Position numbers and translations under genes: made by a program. The notes under the pieces are model-generated. The model was not told the DNA's origin, searched no databases, and saw only the letters and a program-made list of their open reading frames with translations. DNA of 64,000 bases, taken from positions 59,458,001 to 59,522,000 of the forward strand of contig OX597818.1 of assembly GCA_951406725.2 (NCBI GenBank), read 5' to 3'. Below are positions 25,480 through 40,038 of this stretch, in pieces; positions within the stretch are counted from its first letter, which is position 1, and each line of letters starts with the position of its first letter. Source of the stretch: Octopus vulgaris. Taxonomy: Eukaryota.

Positions 25480-25860
25480 TAACTTAGATAACTTAGATAT
25501 GTTTCGACCAAAGATTAGTCCAGGCCATGTCTAACTTAATAGCACCACCTGATAGGATTATTCGAATCCTGTTTAAGTCAAGTTTTGTTTAAGTCAAGTT
25601 TTGTTCAAGTAGTGAGTTCTTGTTGGGTGAGTTGTATCAAGTTTTGTTCAAGTAGTGAGTTCTTGTTGGGTGAGTTGTATCCAATTATGGGTGGCTTATC
25701 TGGTATTCTTTGAAGGAATCTATCCAGACTCCGTTTAAAGTTGATGGGATCCTTTTCCTCTTTGATCTCCCTCGGGACAATGTTATATAGGGCAGGGTCT
25801 GTTGAGGAAAAGAAATTATGTTGCAGTGTACATGTATGTTGTGATCTTAACGGTTTTAGA
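25480..25860 (-). mobile_element. CR1/L2-group LINE 3' fragment
   Basis: LQHNFFSSTDPALYNIVPREIKEEKDPINFKRSLDRFLQRIPDKP (ORF2 C-terminus); tail (atctaagtt)2. Confidence 0.7.
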
Positions 25861-26214
25861 AGAATTGGATTTTCAGCTTTGAGTTTAGTTCGATTCTGAG
25901 ATAATGTTTCAGATACCATTTCCTCAGTACGTAACTGACTGCCCTATGGTCAGGTTTTCCAATGTATCTTTGGTTGCAGATGCTGTCAATCTCTGTCCTC
26001 ATTAAGGTTCTATAACTGTATGTAATTTACTTGGAAATATGCCTGCTCTTCATTTTATGTGCCTGTTATTTAGAGGCATTCGTTCAGTTATCTGTTGAAA
26101 TTACATTACATAAATTAATACGAACAATGTATATGCAGGGTATTAATTCTAATAATGATCTATAACATTCCTTTTCGTGAGTTTATATGAAATTATACCT
26201 CACGTTTATATGTA

Positions 26215-26609
26215 CTAGCAGTATCGCCCCGTGTTGCTCGGGTTTGTTTCGACCCTTTAGAATTGGAATTTTTGAAAAGTAAAAATTTTGCATTATGTAG
26301 CTTGTTATTCTCTTTAAGTGAACATTTTCCTGGTTGAAATACACCGAAAAATGTCGACACAAAAGTCAAAAAATTGTAAAAAAATTGGGATTTTCATAGA
26401 AAAAAAAGCACCTTTTTGATGTAAATATTTCTTGGTTTTAACATGGTCCGGTTTGAAGTTTTTCTTTTACGGAAGGAAGAGCAAGCCTTCTTCTATCATA
26501 CTCTCCAGTTTTGGTCAATTTGTGCCGCAGGGTCTCGGAGGAGAGAGTGTTAGTTGAAGGCTATCAAACCTGCGATGCACAGGCAACTTCAGCTTTATAT
26601 ATGGAGAGA
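26215..26609 (-). mobile_element. Non-autonomous Helitron subfamily 1
   Basis: TC...hairpin-CTAG, A|T target. Confidence 0.8.
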
Positions 26610-26799
26610 TTTGGAACAAGATATAAAGTAATTGGCGAGTGACGAAGAAAAGAGGTTTTGACTGATAGTCCTATGTCAGAAAAACTGACAGATATTGAAC
26701 CGCCGTGAGCAGAAAGAAGAAAGGATAGCTTGAAAAACTAATTATTTTATATACAGTTAGGAGTAAAAAAATCAGGAAAAGATGAACGAAGCCAATATA

Positions 26800-27019
26800 T
26801 ATTTCTTTATTGCCCACAAGGGACTAAACACAGAGGGGACAAACAGACAAAGGGATTAAGTCGATTACATCGACCCCAGTGCGTAACTGGTACTTAATTT
26901 ATCGACCCCGAAAGGATGAAAGGCAAAGTCGACCTCGGCGGAATTTGAACTCAGAACGTAACAGCAGACGAAATACGGCTACGCATTTCGCCCGGCGCGC
27001 TAACGTCTCTGCCAGCTCG
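26800..27019 (-). mobile_element. SINE family A monomer
   Basis: Reverse complement of family A. Confidence 0.85.
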
Positions 27020-27448
27020 AATCCACAGGTAAAATGAAACTTATGCAGGTAACTAAAAGGAAAGAAGCAACATCGACTCTAAATACATTTGGAAACCAAT
27101 GTAAAAAAATATAGCATTAGATTGATAGAAAAAGTGTTATATTGCAAACGCAACGAACACATTTCATTATGCAAATTACTTTTAATGGAATATTGAAGAT
27201 TGAAAAATATTCTCATTCCTGATAAAAACGTAATTAAAGATAATGAACTCTAGAGAATCACTTGAAAATGGAGACATTGTTTTGTAAATTGAAATAATAA
27301 TAATAATGGACGTATATAAATATTCTCTCTAGACATATTTGTGTTTCTGGTCACAACCTACAGTTAAATTTATCGATCGTTACATCGTCTACAGCAACTA
27401 CGAGAAAGAGTATCGTCGGAGAATTATCTCCTATAAGCATATTGATGG

Positions 27449-28012
27449 TGGAGGCGCAATGGCCCAGTGGTTAGGGCAGCGGACTCGCGGTCGGAGGATT
27501 GTGGTTTCAATTCCCAGACCGGGCGTTGTGTGTGTTTATTGTGTGTTTAGGCGGCGAGCTGGCAGAATCGTTAGCACGCCGGGCGAAATGCCTAGCTGTA
27601 TTTCGTCTGCCGCTCCGTTCTGAGTTCAAATTCCGCCGAGGTCGAATTTGCCTTTCATCCTTTCGGGGTCGATTAAATAAGTACCAGATACGCACGGGGG
27701 TCGATATAATCGACTTAATCCGTTTGTCTGTCCTTGTTTGTCCTGTCTGTGTTTAGCCCCTTGTGGGTAGTAAAGAAATAGTTGTATGTGTTTATTGAAC
27801 GAAAACACCTAAAAGCTCCCCGAGGCTCCGGCAGGGGGTGGCGGCGATCCCTGTTGTACTCTTTCGCTCCAACTTTCTCTCACTCTTTGTTCCTGTTTCT
27901 TGAGTAATGTGCGATGGACTGGCGTCCTGTCCAGCAGGGGGGACACATACGCCTTAGAAACCGGGAACCCGGGCCCATGAGACTGGCTAGGCTTGAAAAG
28001 GGCGCATAAATA
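27449..28012 (+). mobile_element. Chimeric SINE (family C head, family D tail) with a nested family A SINE at 27550-27781
   Basis: ggaggcgcaatggcccagtgg head and gcgatggactggcgtcctgtccag...gggcgcata tail. Confidence 0.8.
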
Positions 28013-28221
28013 AAACTAAACATATTGATGACGAAACACTTAAAATTAAATACAATAAACCGATTTTACCTCTAAAATGTTTGCGTTTTTTTTACCCCAG
28101 AAAGAGTTTTGGCTTTAAAGCATAGGGAACCGGAAAGCCCTAATGCTTCTGTTGCTGAAAAATGCATACCTATTAAATTACCTAACTTCATGCCAAAGTT
28201 AGACATTTTTAACCTGTTATA

Positions 28222-28611
28222 CATTGATGGAAGCACTCTGTCGGTTACGACGACGAGGGTTCCGGTTGATCCGAATCAACGGAACAGCTTGCTCGTGAAA
28301 TTAACGTGTAAGTGGCTGAGCACTCCACAGACACGTGTATCCTTAACGGAGTTCTCGGGGATATTCAGCGTGACACAGAGAGTGACAAGGCCGGCCCTTT
28401 GAAATACAGATACAACAGAAACAGGAAGTAAGAGTGAGAGAAAGTTGTGGTGAAAGAGTACAGCAGGGATCACCACCATCCCCTGCCGGAGCCTCTTGGA
28501 GCTTTAGGTGTTTTCGCTCAATAAACACTCACAACGCCTGGTCTGGGAATCGAAACCGCGATCCTATGACCGCGAGTCCGCTGCCCTAACCACTGGGCCA
28601 TTGCGCCTCCA
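28222..28611 (-). mobile_element. SINE family C with alternative tail (...cgacagagtgcttccatcaatgt)
   Basis: Head matches family C; tail matches 31960-32150. Confidence 0.8.
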
Positions 28612-28627
28612 CTATTGTTAAATAAGA

Positions 28628-28840
28628 AGTCGGTGAGCTGGCAGAATGGTTTGCGCATCGGACTATGTTCGTAGCAGTATTTCGTCCGTATTTATAATGT
28701 TCTGCTTTGAAAATTCCGCCGAGACTAACCCGGGCTTTCACCCATTTGGGGTCAATAAAATAAATTCTATTGAAATACCGGGTGTCGATGAAAGCGATTA
28801 ACTCTCCCGCCCACTAAGGAAGGTTTGAAATCTTGAAACC
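28628..28840 (+). mobile_element. Old family A-related SINE
   Basis: ggtgagctggcagaatgg...aaattccgccgag...ggggtcaataaaa. Confidence 0.6.
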
Positions 28841-28936
28841 ATTTGAAATATACAAGGACGAGAACACAATACACGTGATAATAGATTAATGAGCACCTGA
28901 TTAGAAAATGTTATCCACAAAAGTTAAGTTGAACAG

Positions 28937-29311
28937 AACAACAATAGATATTCCTAAACTAACTACTCCCCCCAATTTATTAGGAATTGAACGCAAAATA
29001 TAGCATAAGCAAACAAAAAATACCATTCAGGCTTAATATGAATAGGAGTAACTAAAGGATTCGCAGGAATAAAATTCTCAGCATCCCCCAACATATTAGG
29101 AAACAATAAACTCAATTCAACTAATGCAAATAATATTACAAGAAATCCTAAAATATCTATGATAATGATGAAAAGGAATTTTATCTAAATCTCTATTTAA
29201 TCCTAAAGGATTATTTGAACCTCCTTCATGCAAAAATAAAAAATGTAAAATAACCAACCCCACAATAATAAAAGGAAATAAAAAATGAAAACAGAAAAAC
29301 CGACTCAACGT
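28937..29311 (-). pseudogene. CYTB: NUMT: mitochondrial cytochrome b fragment
   Basis: [48 protein letters not shown]...[25 protein letters not shown]...SIPNKLG (PEWY motif); frameshifted. Confidence 0.95.
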
Positions 29312-29444
29312 TTATGGCACAAATATTTTACATTTTGTGATAATGAAAACACCTTATAAGAAATATTGACCATACTGCTGATTATAAGAAACGAGAGAGA
29401 AGATATATAAGAATGGTTAAGTGAAATTTCCTTGTTTACATCAT

Positions 29445-29913
29445 TCATTGGGCATGTTAGCCGTATGAAAGATGGCAGAATCCCCAAGGACATACTCTAC
29501 GGAGAGCTTGCTAGGGGTACTAGGTCTGTGGGTAGACCGCTCTTACGTTACAAGGATGTTTGCAAAAGGGACATGAAGGCCTGCAACATCAATATTAGCG
29601 GTTGGGAGGCAGTTGCCGGCAACCGTGGAGAATGGCGACGTACCGTAAGAGAGGGAATACAAAGGAGTGACAGAGAGAGAGAGGAGAAATGGAAAGACAG
29701 GAAAAGACGTCAACAAGAAACTATGGCATTACAACCAGCCAGGAACAGTCTTCGCTACATTTGCGGCACCTGCCAGAGGGAGTGTTTGTACAGGATAGGA
29801 CTACACAGCCACAGCAGGAAATGTATCAGGACATGAAATGTAAAAGCCGGACTAGACTACTTTATGCGCAACTCCATTGTCTCCCGAGAAAAAAAGGATG
29901 CCAACCAACCAAC
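29445..29913 (+). mobile_element. RTE (BovB-like) LINE 3' fragment
   Basis: GHVSRMKDGRIPKDILYGELARGTRSVGRPLLRYKDVCKRDMK...CGTCQRECLYRIGLHSHSRKC; (ccaa)n tail. Confidence 0.85.
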
Positions 29914-30222
29914 ATCATTCATATCACATATGTTATTGGATGTAAAATTAATATATTGGTAATTGGTTGCCGAACTCACACAGTAGAAAAAAATATTAGT
30001 TACAGTCTTATATAAAAGATTATAATTAAACCAATGAACATCTTAAACTTGATAAGTTGCGTAAATAAACAGCAGAACTGTAAAAAAAAAAGAAAATTCT
30101 GACTGGATTTTATTTAGAAATAACAAAATAATCAAGAAATATTTACTAATGGAATTAGACAAAATACTGAATAAACTCGAGCAGTGAAAGTGCTTCACGA
30201 TATGAAATGATAATAATAATGA

Positions 30223-30223
<1 letters not shown>

Positions 30224-30266
<43 letters not shown>

Positions 30267-30281
30267 TTATTATTATTGTTG

Positions 30282-30336
<55 letters not shown>

Positions 30337-30356
30337 CATTATTATTATTATTATTA

Positions 30357-30437
<81 letters not shown>
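30224..30437. repeat. (ATT)n tract directly followed by its complement (AAT)n
   Basis: Direct reading; strand switch at about 30399. Confidence 0.95.
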
Positions 30438-30439
<2 letters not shown>

Positions 30440-31316
30440 TATGAATTCTGATTCGTAAATATCGTTTCATTTTTATTTAATTACTCATGTGAAGATATTT
30501 TATAAAAGTATATATTTACCGGGTTTTGTAAGCGAACACAAAGAGGCAGCCATAATATTTGTACAGCTGTTTACTGATCTACTCTTCCGCTACCGTTAAA
30601 GAAAAAAAAGAAAGTATCTTTGCACTAAACAAACATTTTCTGTTCTTATTTTGTCAATATTTTGATATCAACAATATCTCTAGAGACAAATACTTCTCCA
30701 GGGTCAAGCAAACATATTCTTTTCATTACTTACTACATTGTAAAGCCAAGGAGTTTTCAATGAAGTTTATTACTGGTCCAGGCATTGTGTGTTATTGTCG
30801 GCAAAGTGAATATAAAAACAAATAAGACCAACTGGGAAGAGAAGATGTTTATTCGGTAGAATCAATATATTTACATAACTTGTGTATATTTCAATGACTT
30901 AGAAACGAAGAAAGGACATGTGATACTTGACAGATTTATTTTACTATCCTGTCTCCAAAGCGACATCTTTGTTATATTGTTATGGATCATATTTTATATT
31001 CCTTAGTCAGGAAAGGAAAGATAATTCCCAAGACATCTAGCATTCTTGTGCGAGGCATTTACCACCAGAAAAAGATACCTAGTTTGGATTAGGCAATAGA
31101 GCTCCAACAACCAAACACGTCGAAACTATGTAAGATAGTATGCAACCGAAGACTCTGGCATACCAGTGCCAATAGCAATTTTCTTGTGAGTATCAAACTG
31201 TTAAACGTCGATGGTATTCTAACAACATGGCAATATGTACACAATAAATTAATTTGTAATTTTATGAGTATGTGTATATGAGACGTATTGGCAGGTACGG
31301 TATCAACCAGTCTAAG

Positions 31317-31550
31317 ACGGCGAGCAGGCAAAAACGTTAGCACGGCGGGCAAAATGCTTAGCGTTATTTCATCTGCCGCTACGTTCTGAGTTCAAAGTCC
31401 ACCGAGGTCAACTTTGCCTTTCATCCTTTCGGAGTCGATTAAATAAGTACCAGTTACGCACTGGGGTCGATATAATCGACCTACACCGTTTGTCTGTCCT
31501 TGTTTGCCCCCTCTGTGTGTAGCCCCTTGTGGGCAGTAAAGAAATAGGTA
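31317..31550 (+). mobile_element. SINE family A monomer
   Basis: Match to family A. Confidence 0.85.
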
Positions 31551-31959
31551 TTAACCAGTCTCCCTAGTACGACATAATTTTGACCAATTATTAGGAATGA
31601 AAGTTAGACATCATTCAGTAAAAGTTCGTTTACTCAATGTCTAGTGCCCGCTTTGCCGTTTAGCACTGCAACATCGCGGCGATCAAGCATCCTTGAGGAT
31701 TGGAAAATATGGAAAGTTGAATGCAGATATATTTTAAATGCTTTAAAATACGATCGTTTGGTAAACAAAACTCTTTTTTTCTGCAGAATAGACAAACGTC
31801 GGTCGTTACCGGTTTCGAGTAATTATGAAACTTATAATAACAGTTTCTACCCTGACAAATCAGTCTGTGTGTACGTATGTTTATATGTGTAGGTTTACTC
31901 AAGTATATTCAGAAAAAATTAAATGTTTTTAAATGGAGTGGAAAATTCATAGCAGATAT

Positions 31960-32332
31960 TACAGCAGTCTGTCGGTAACGACAACAAGGCTTCCAGTTGT
32001 TTCAATCAACGGAACAGCCTGCTCGTGAAATTAACGTGCAAGTGGCTGAGCACTTCACAGACACGTGTGCTCTTAACGTAGTTAACGGGATGTTTCAACG
32101 TGTCACAGTGTGTGACAAGGCTGGCCCTTTAAATACAGGTACAACAGAAACAGGAAGAAAGACTGAGAGAAAATTGTGGTGAAAGAGTGCAGCAGGGTTC
32201 GCAACCACCCCTGCCGGAGCGACGTGGAGCTTTAAGCGTTTTCCCTCAATAAACACCCACAACACCCGGTCTGGGAATTGAAAACGCGGTCCTATGACCG
32301 CGAGTCCACTCACTGGGCCATTGCACCTCCAC
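31960..32332 (-). mobile_element. SINE family C with alternative tail
   Basis: Match to 28222-28611. Confidence 0.75.
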
Positions 32333-32351
32333 CATAGCACATATAACTATA

Positions 32352-32583
32352 TACTCTTTCCTCTTTTACTCTTTTAATTGTTTCAGTCATTTGACTATGT
32401 CCATGTTGTAGCACCGCCTTTACTCGAGCAAATCGACACCAGGACTTATTCTTTGTAAGCCTAGTACTTATTATATCGGTCTCTTTGGCCGAACCGCTAA
32501 GGTACGGGGACGTAAACACACCTGCATCAGTTATCAAGCGATATTGGGGGGATAAACAGAGACACACAAACATATACACACGC

Positions 32584-32622
<39 letters not shown>

Positions 32623-32789
32623 TACGACGGGCTTCTTTGAGTTTTCATCTACCAAATCCACTCACAAGGCTTCGGTCGGCCCCGAGGCTAGGGTAGAAGA
32701 CACTTGCCCAAGTTTCCACTCGGTGGGACTGAACCCGGAAACATGTGGTTCGTAAGCAAGCTACGTACCACACAGTCACTCCTACGCCT
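32352..32789 (-). mobile_element. SINE family B
   Basis: Match to family B. Confidence 0.85.
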
Positions 32790-33344
32790 ATGGTGATTAA
32801 CAAATATAGATACATAAGCAGATAGATGAAGAGTAGAGAGATGGATTATTAGATAAATTGGAATAGAAATGGTGGTTGCAAGCCTGTGCGTGCATATTTC
32901 AGCTCTAGTTTTGCGTGTAGGTGTCATTTTATTGCTGATAAAAATAAATATTGACACCAAATGTATGTGGCTGGTTATGGAAGATGGTTTTGAGAGACAC
33001 AATTATTGATTCTGATCACCAAATTGTTAATAGAGGGTGTGTACGTATTTGTAAAGTCTCTGTCTGTGTAGAGAATTTTTCTATATGTGTGCGGTTGTAT
33101 ATGTGAGTGTGTGTACGCAATGACAATTGTCGTTGAGATAATTGTGTAATTGTACAAACGTGTATATATGAAATATGTGTGTGTGTGTGTGTGTGCGTGT
33201 GTATGCGTGTGTGTGTATGTGTAATTGTAAACACTGTTTTGACTTTATGTAAATGTATGTTTATTTGGGCATGTATGTTTGAATATGTCTGTATATATCA
33301 ATGTATCTGCAAGAGAGAGAGAAGGAAAGAGACAGACAGACAGA

Positions 33345-33401
<57 letters not shown>

Positions 33402-33623
33402 CTGTGAATGTAGCTGTGTGCGCCTGGCAGCGTTCGTACTTCAGATTTTATATTATTCAGTTACTCCTGTATTCGGCCATACTAAATTTTATCTTGTATT
33501 TTTTTTTATTTTTCATCTTTAGAAGTTTCCTGAGATCCGGGGGGCAAATTTCCATTATTCTTCATCCTAATTATCGCCCACTTGGCTTTTATTCATGTTC
33601 CGCCCATGTCTACCATATTCGTC

Positions 33624-33624
<1 letters not shown>

Positions 33625-33664
<40 letters not shown>

Positions 33665-33948
33665 TATACGTAATAGATATATATATATATATATATGTAA
33701 TATATATATATATATATACACATCATATATATATATATACACATCATATATATATATATATACACATCATATATATATATACATAATATATATATATATA
33801 TGTAATATATATGTAATATATATATATATACACATCATATATATATATATATATACATCATATATATATATACATTAATATATATATATATATAAATATA
33901 TATGTAATATATATATATATATATACACATCATATATATATATATACA

Positions 33949-34001
<53 letters not shown>

Positions 34002-34051
34002 AATATATATATATACACATCATATATATATACATTAATATATATAAACAT

Positions 34052-34104
<53 letters not shown>

Positions 34105-34105
34105 T
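33625..34105. repeat. (AT)n-derived minisatellite with recurring acacatc and atgta interruptions
   Basis: Direct reading. Confidence 0.9.
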
Positions 34106-34640
34106 AATCTATAGTTACTTTATACATGTCTACGTGCCTGGGCGTACCTTCACGCTTGTCTGGATGTTACATATGACAAAAAAACAAAATTATATCCGAT
34201 AAGAATTATAGAGTTGAAATTCATACGTGTTCTTATAAAAGCAAATCTATTACGGACTCCGGGTTACTCCAAATAAAAGCATCGTTCCCATCAACATCAC
34301 CATCTTATGCTGCTCCGGCATGCATTTACAGACACGGAATGTTACGTTAAGTATGTCTGAATATATATGTATGCGTGTGGGTGTATCGATTTATATCTTC
34401 CTCTATCACTTTCTTTATCACTTTCCCGCTCTGTCATTCTCTGCATATAAATTGTATATAAGAAATTGTTGAAGAAAACGGGAGGAGTATTAAAGGAGAG
34501 AGAAGACTGTGAATAGGATAGGAAAAATGAGTTGTTAATAAAACAGGATGTGAATAAAGCTTTTGAAGGTCGACAGAATGGGAATAGACGTATAGAGGAA
34601 TAGACGTGCCTGTGTGTCTGTGTGTGTGTGTGAGTGTGTT

Positions 34641-34875
34641 CTATTTCTTTACTACCCACAAGGGGCTAAACAAAGAGAGGACAAACAAGGACAGACAAAC
34701 GGTCTAAGTCGATTATATCGACCCAGTGTTCGTAAATTGTACTTATTTAATCAACTCCGAAAGGATGAAAGGCAAAGTCGACCTCGGCAGAATTTGAACT
34801 CAGAACTCTGTAGCGGCAGACGAAATACAGCTACGCATTTCACCCGGCGTGCTAACGTTTCCGCCAGCTCGCCGC
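34641..34875 (-). mobile_element. SINE family A monomer
   Basis: Match to family A. Confidence 0.85.
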
Positions 34876-35289
34876 ATTATGTGTGTGAGTACGTTCGTGT
34901 GTATGTGTACATTGTTTTGACTAATGAGTATATGTCAATTAGCGTGTTCTGTATAGCACGTTCACAGTTTAGGCAACCTGCTGTCATCTTTGGTCGGGTA
35001 AATTTTCGCTCGATCTACTTCATGAATTTCGCAGTGTTAGTTGAGAAAATAATAATCGGTGAATGGAGCGGAAGATCGATTTGGAATTAGTCTTTATTTA
35101 GTACTACGATCATTCCGAACCCTCTTGCAACTCTCCTTTTAAGAATGGGATCTTGTGCATCAAATTGTATTGCATCGATCAGTGCAGTGTGGGTCACATC
35201 AGGTGCATGCATACATAAAATGGCTTCCCGCTAAATCTATTGAGTTGGCGCAGTCATGTTATTTTTTTGTCGGTTGTATCCGCAAATGG

Positions 35290-35545
35290 TGGAGGCGCGT
35301 GGCTTAGTGGTTCGGGTGTCAGCACCATGATCGTAAGATTGTGATTTCGATTCCTGGACCGGGCGACACGTTGTGTTCTTGAGCAAAACACTTCATTTCA
35401 CGTTGCCCCAGTCCAACCAGCTGGCAAAAATGAGTAACGCTGCGATGGACTGGCGTCCCGTCCAGCTGAAGGACACATACGCCATACAAACCGGGAAACT
35501 GGGGCCATGAGCCTGGCTAGGCTTTAAAAGGGCGCATTTATTATA
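35290..35545 (+). mobile_element. tRNA-derived SINE family D
   Basis: ggaggcgcgtggcttagtgg A box and tttcgattcct B box; CORE-like tgttcttgagcaaaacactt; second copy at 43793. Confidence 0.8.
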
Positions 35546-36120
35546 TTTTTTTGTATCCGCGATTGGAGCTACCTACAGTTGCCCTTATCTTAAACAGTCA
35601 TTTCAAAATAACCGTAAATATAAACGTATAAACTATAAAAATATAAGAAATATTTATATAAGGAAAAAGCAGAGGGCAAGACATGTTAAAGAAAGATTAG
35701 ATTACGTTCAGTTTAATGATAGGGATGCTAAATTTGCTACCATGAATTGATGCCCAAGCACATCGATACCCATCCACACACATATATACCCCACAAAAAC
35801 GCACACAATTTCACCCGGATAAAGGCACGCCATAAACATCCTAAAATTCTAAGATTGATGATCCGAAGTTGAAGACAGCAGGATCTGTGTTCATGGTAAC
35901 ATTAAGGTCAAAGGACACGATTCCAGAGTAGTAGTCTTTGCACCGGGAGGTTTTCTTAAACAATGACTCTTGGCTGTCCACAGCAGTGACAAAGGTTGTT
36001 TCACAGACACACTCAGACGTATACCAGTATCTGTGTACAAATGTTTATATACTCTCAGCGGCATTACTTAGATATATACGTACACTGATGTATACATACA
36101 TACACACACACACACATATA

Positions 36121-36155
<35 letters not shown>

Positions 36156-37674
36156 AAAATTATAATTTAGGGTATCTAAGAGATACCACCACGCTGGAAA
36201 TAGCAGCCAAACCTCGACTCTAAAGCTATATTAAATGTTCATACGGCACGAGGAGAGAAGACAAAGAGACAAAATAAACTTGCAAAAAAATAATTTTAAT
36301 AATAATTATTACCTTTGAAGGTTTGTATTCCCATGCTGGCCACCACCTGATAAGATATATATATATGGTGGGGAGGAATGATATAAAGAATGGATGTGCA
36401 AAACACGTTAGTTTACAAGGGTTGCGAGAAAGTGTAGAAGCAATGCAATAGAGACGGCATGACAGAGAAAATGAAGTTAAGTCAAGAGATTTAGGAATGG
36501 TTTCACGGTCTGATTCTACGCAGAAACACATGATGCGTGTCGGAATTATTGACAACGGGGAGAAATATGGCAACGGACTTATGAGATTGTAATGGAGCAG
36601 GAGAGCGAACTCAGGGGAGATAATAGGTAGTGGATTCGCGTAGGTATCTGTGTGTGTTTATGTGTGAATGTGTGTGAAATGTGTGCATATGTGCCTGCAT
36701 GCCAGAGCGTACAAGAGGCAGTACGTATAAACGACCGGTAGTCATACAAGCAGAGATTGATGGGGGCAACCTGTGGTGAGTGCGATCCATCCATCCATGT
36801 AAAAACCGATTTGTGTGATTGACCGCAATAATTTTATCCTGATGTGTAATAATGAATGTATTAATGTTTTAGAGTATTTTGACAAGCGTGAAGACAATTA
36901 ATTTTTTTCTTCTGTAGCGGTTAGATTTAGAAAATATACAAACATCGCTAATAAAATACCGTGTGCAAGTCAAAACAATGAATTACATATTCATTTTTAA
37001 TACGTTTCTGAAGATCTGAACTTAAAGATTACAAATTCTGTTATATTTAACCTTTCAGAAATATGGGGGGGGGTTTCAGTGGAGAAGATGGAAACACATT
37101 TGATGTAGTCTAATTAGGGGCCTTTTAGGCATCAGTGTTTAGATGTTATTTTTCCCTTCAGACAAAGCTAATCCTGGATCAATTAAAGGGAACAAGATTG
37201 ATGTTTCTTGTTTATGGAAATCAGGAATCCAATTAGTTTGTGAAGCTTGCTCATATCTGCCAAATTGATAATTAATTATCTCGTGTTCACAGAATAGCAG
37301 GAATCCAAACGACATCCTACGTATTCATTGATGGATAATTTGGGCTGCAAAGACAAAATGCAATAGCAATTAACCTATTCCCCATCTGCCGGATCGTATT
37401 GATGATGAATACGTGCATTGATGTATATCATCGTCGTACGAACGGAATTTCTTTTCTTGTTATGCAGCTCTAAGTATTACAGAAGATGATAATATTAATT
37501 CAATCAAAGGGACAGAGCTAGAGGAAAGACCGGAGGCGGCATCACTTGATGGAATTCTTCATTTCGACCGGTTACCTCATCCTGCAATATCCATTAATGG
37601 ATCTGTTGTTGTAGTTAATGTTGTATGGTTGCATTTACAACCGATATGGCACGCTTATGATTAAAGGCAACAAA

Positions 37675-37844
37675 GCGTAGGAGTAGCTGTGTGGTAAGTA
37701 GCTTACTTACCAACCACATGGTTACGGGTTCAGTCCCACTGCGAGGCACCTTGGGCAAGTGTCATCTACTATAGCCTCCGGCCGACCAAAGTTTTGTCAG
37801 TGGATTTGGTGGACGGAAACTGAATGAAGTCCGTCGTATATATG

Positions 37845-37895
<51 letters not shown>

Positions 37896-38143
37896 CTGTC
37901 TGTCTGTGTGTGTGTGCATATGTTTGTGTGTCTGTGTTTGTCCCCCAACATTGCTTGACAACCGATACTGTTGTGTTCACGTTCCCATAACTTAGGTGTT
38001 CGGCAAACGAGACCGATAGAATAAGTACTAGGCTTACAAAGAATAAATCCTGGGGTCTATTTGCTTGACAAAAGGCGGTACTCCAGCATGGCCACAGTCA
38101 AAAGACTGAAGCAAGTAAAAGAGTAAAAGAGTAAAGGAGTAAA
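37675..38143 (+). mobile_element. SINE family B
   Basis: Match to family B. Confidence 0.85.
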
Positions 38144-38388
38144 GCAAAGACCATCCCGTATATTTAGAAGTAGTCTAAGACTACTATATTAACTAATGCT
38201 ATTTTCTTAAAGTAAGCTGACATCTTGTTGGTGAGAAACATTTTTTTTTAGAAATTGGAACATAATTTTCGAACCTATTTTCAAACCTATAATTTTCAAA
38301 CTTAACAGTGTGGCTCTGGATGAATTCTAGTTTCTCAGCCAACGTTTAAATAATTCTAGTCGTAATTATTCATTTTTTTCTTACTATA

Positions 38389-38781
38389 CTAGCAGTATCG
38401 CCTGGCGTTGTTAGGGTTTGTTTCCACCCTTTAGAATTGGAATTTTTGAAAAGTAAAAATGTTGCATTATGTAGTTTGTTATTCTCTTTAAGTGAACAAT
38501 TTTCTAGTTGAAATACACCGAAAAATGGCGACAAAGCAGTCAAAAAATCGTAAAAAATAGGGATTTTCATAGAAAAGAAGCACCTTTTTAATGTAAATAA
38601 CTTTTGGTGTTAACATGGTCCAATTTGAATTTTTTTCTTCTACGGAATGAAGAACAAGCCTTCTTCTATCATACTCTCAATTTTGGTCAACATGTGCCGC
38701 AGGGTCTCGGAGGAGATGATGTTAGTTGAAGGCTACCAAACCTGCCACACACAGACAACTTCAGTTTTATATATAGAGAGA
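38389..38781 (-). mobile_element. Non-autonomous Helitron subfamily 1
   Basis: TC...hairpin-CTAG, A|T target. Confidence 0.8.
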
Positions 38782-39767
38782 TTAAACGATACACAATTCT
38801 TTATAGATGGGTAAGTGTCATTTGAATGGCTGTTGGCTATTCTTTCGAGAAAACTGAAGGACCACGCAGATGTTGTTCTAATAAGCATCTGTTGTGTACT
38901 AGTGGCATAACCTAGTAAGTACTATTGACTAAAATCTTCTGCGAAAATTGAATTTTGGCTTCTAACAAAATCAATATTAACGTAGATAGTCTTATCATGA
39001 GCACTAAAATAATCGTAAAAATACGTTTATCATATTTTATATTTATTTATTATGACATTTATCGACTACAATTAACCATTATAGACATATCCTATAGCAA
39101 AAAGGGATTAATTTATTTCATGTTTTTCCCCAAAGAAATATTTAACAAGTGACTAATGAACTACACTTAGATCTTCCTACAATACCGTGCGATACTAATA
39201 GACCGTGGCGAATCATATAAACATCTAAAAAGCAATCGATCTTTTGATATTAATGTCTACTGTCAAATTTCGCTGAGTCCATTAACGACGTCTCAAGTTT
39301 CGAATTAGGAATTTAGCTATAAACCTAATCAATCACTTGTCCAGAAAAAAAGTTCAATAAGCGTAGCAGGAACATTCAGAGACCATTAATTTCCGAAATA
39401 TGTGAGAAATTCTTCAGAACGAACACAGGATATTTGCTACGATTTTTACCCCTTTAATGAACAGAAGCTTATGAAGGAGGTAACATTGGAAGATTTATTT
39501 TTGACACCGCTCCCTCTATAGAAACTTTCTCTTTTTTCGTGTAGGTGGAAAACTAATAAAGGCAACGAATCTACTTCAAGCTGCTGATTGTGATGCCAAT
39601 TTCATTCCAAATTGCATAGAAAACATCGCGAACCTTATAATAGGATCCAGCGCTAATTACGCCCTGCATTATAGCACTAATAAATTTTTCAGGATGCCAC
39701 ACACGTCACGCTAATGCTATATTAAATAATACCTGTAGGCGTTTCAAAAGTGGTTCTTTCGTTTTCT

Positions 39768-39994
39768 TTTATTCTTTTATTTGTTCCAGCCATTTGGCTA
39801 CGACCATGCTGGAGCACAGCCTTTAGTCCAACATCCGACCCCACGACTTATTCTTTGTTAACATAGCACTTATTCTATCGGTCACTTTTGGCGAACCGCT
39901 AAGTTACGAGGACGCAAACACACCAGCGTCTGTTGTCAAGCGATGGCGGGGAACAAACACAGACACACCAACATATATATACGCAAACATACAC

Positions 39995-40038
<44 letters not shown>

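Noticed and set aside
30224-30437. (ATT)n/(AAT)n juxtaposition as a functional hairpin
   Set aside because: Explained by microsatellite dynamics; no other evidence of function.
37160-37665. Non-repetitive, coding-looking stretch with possible acceptors
   Set aside because: No consistent exon structure or recognisable motif.
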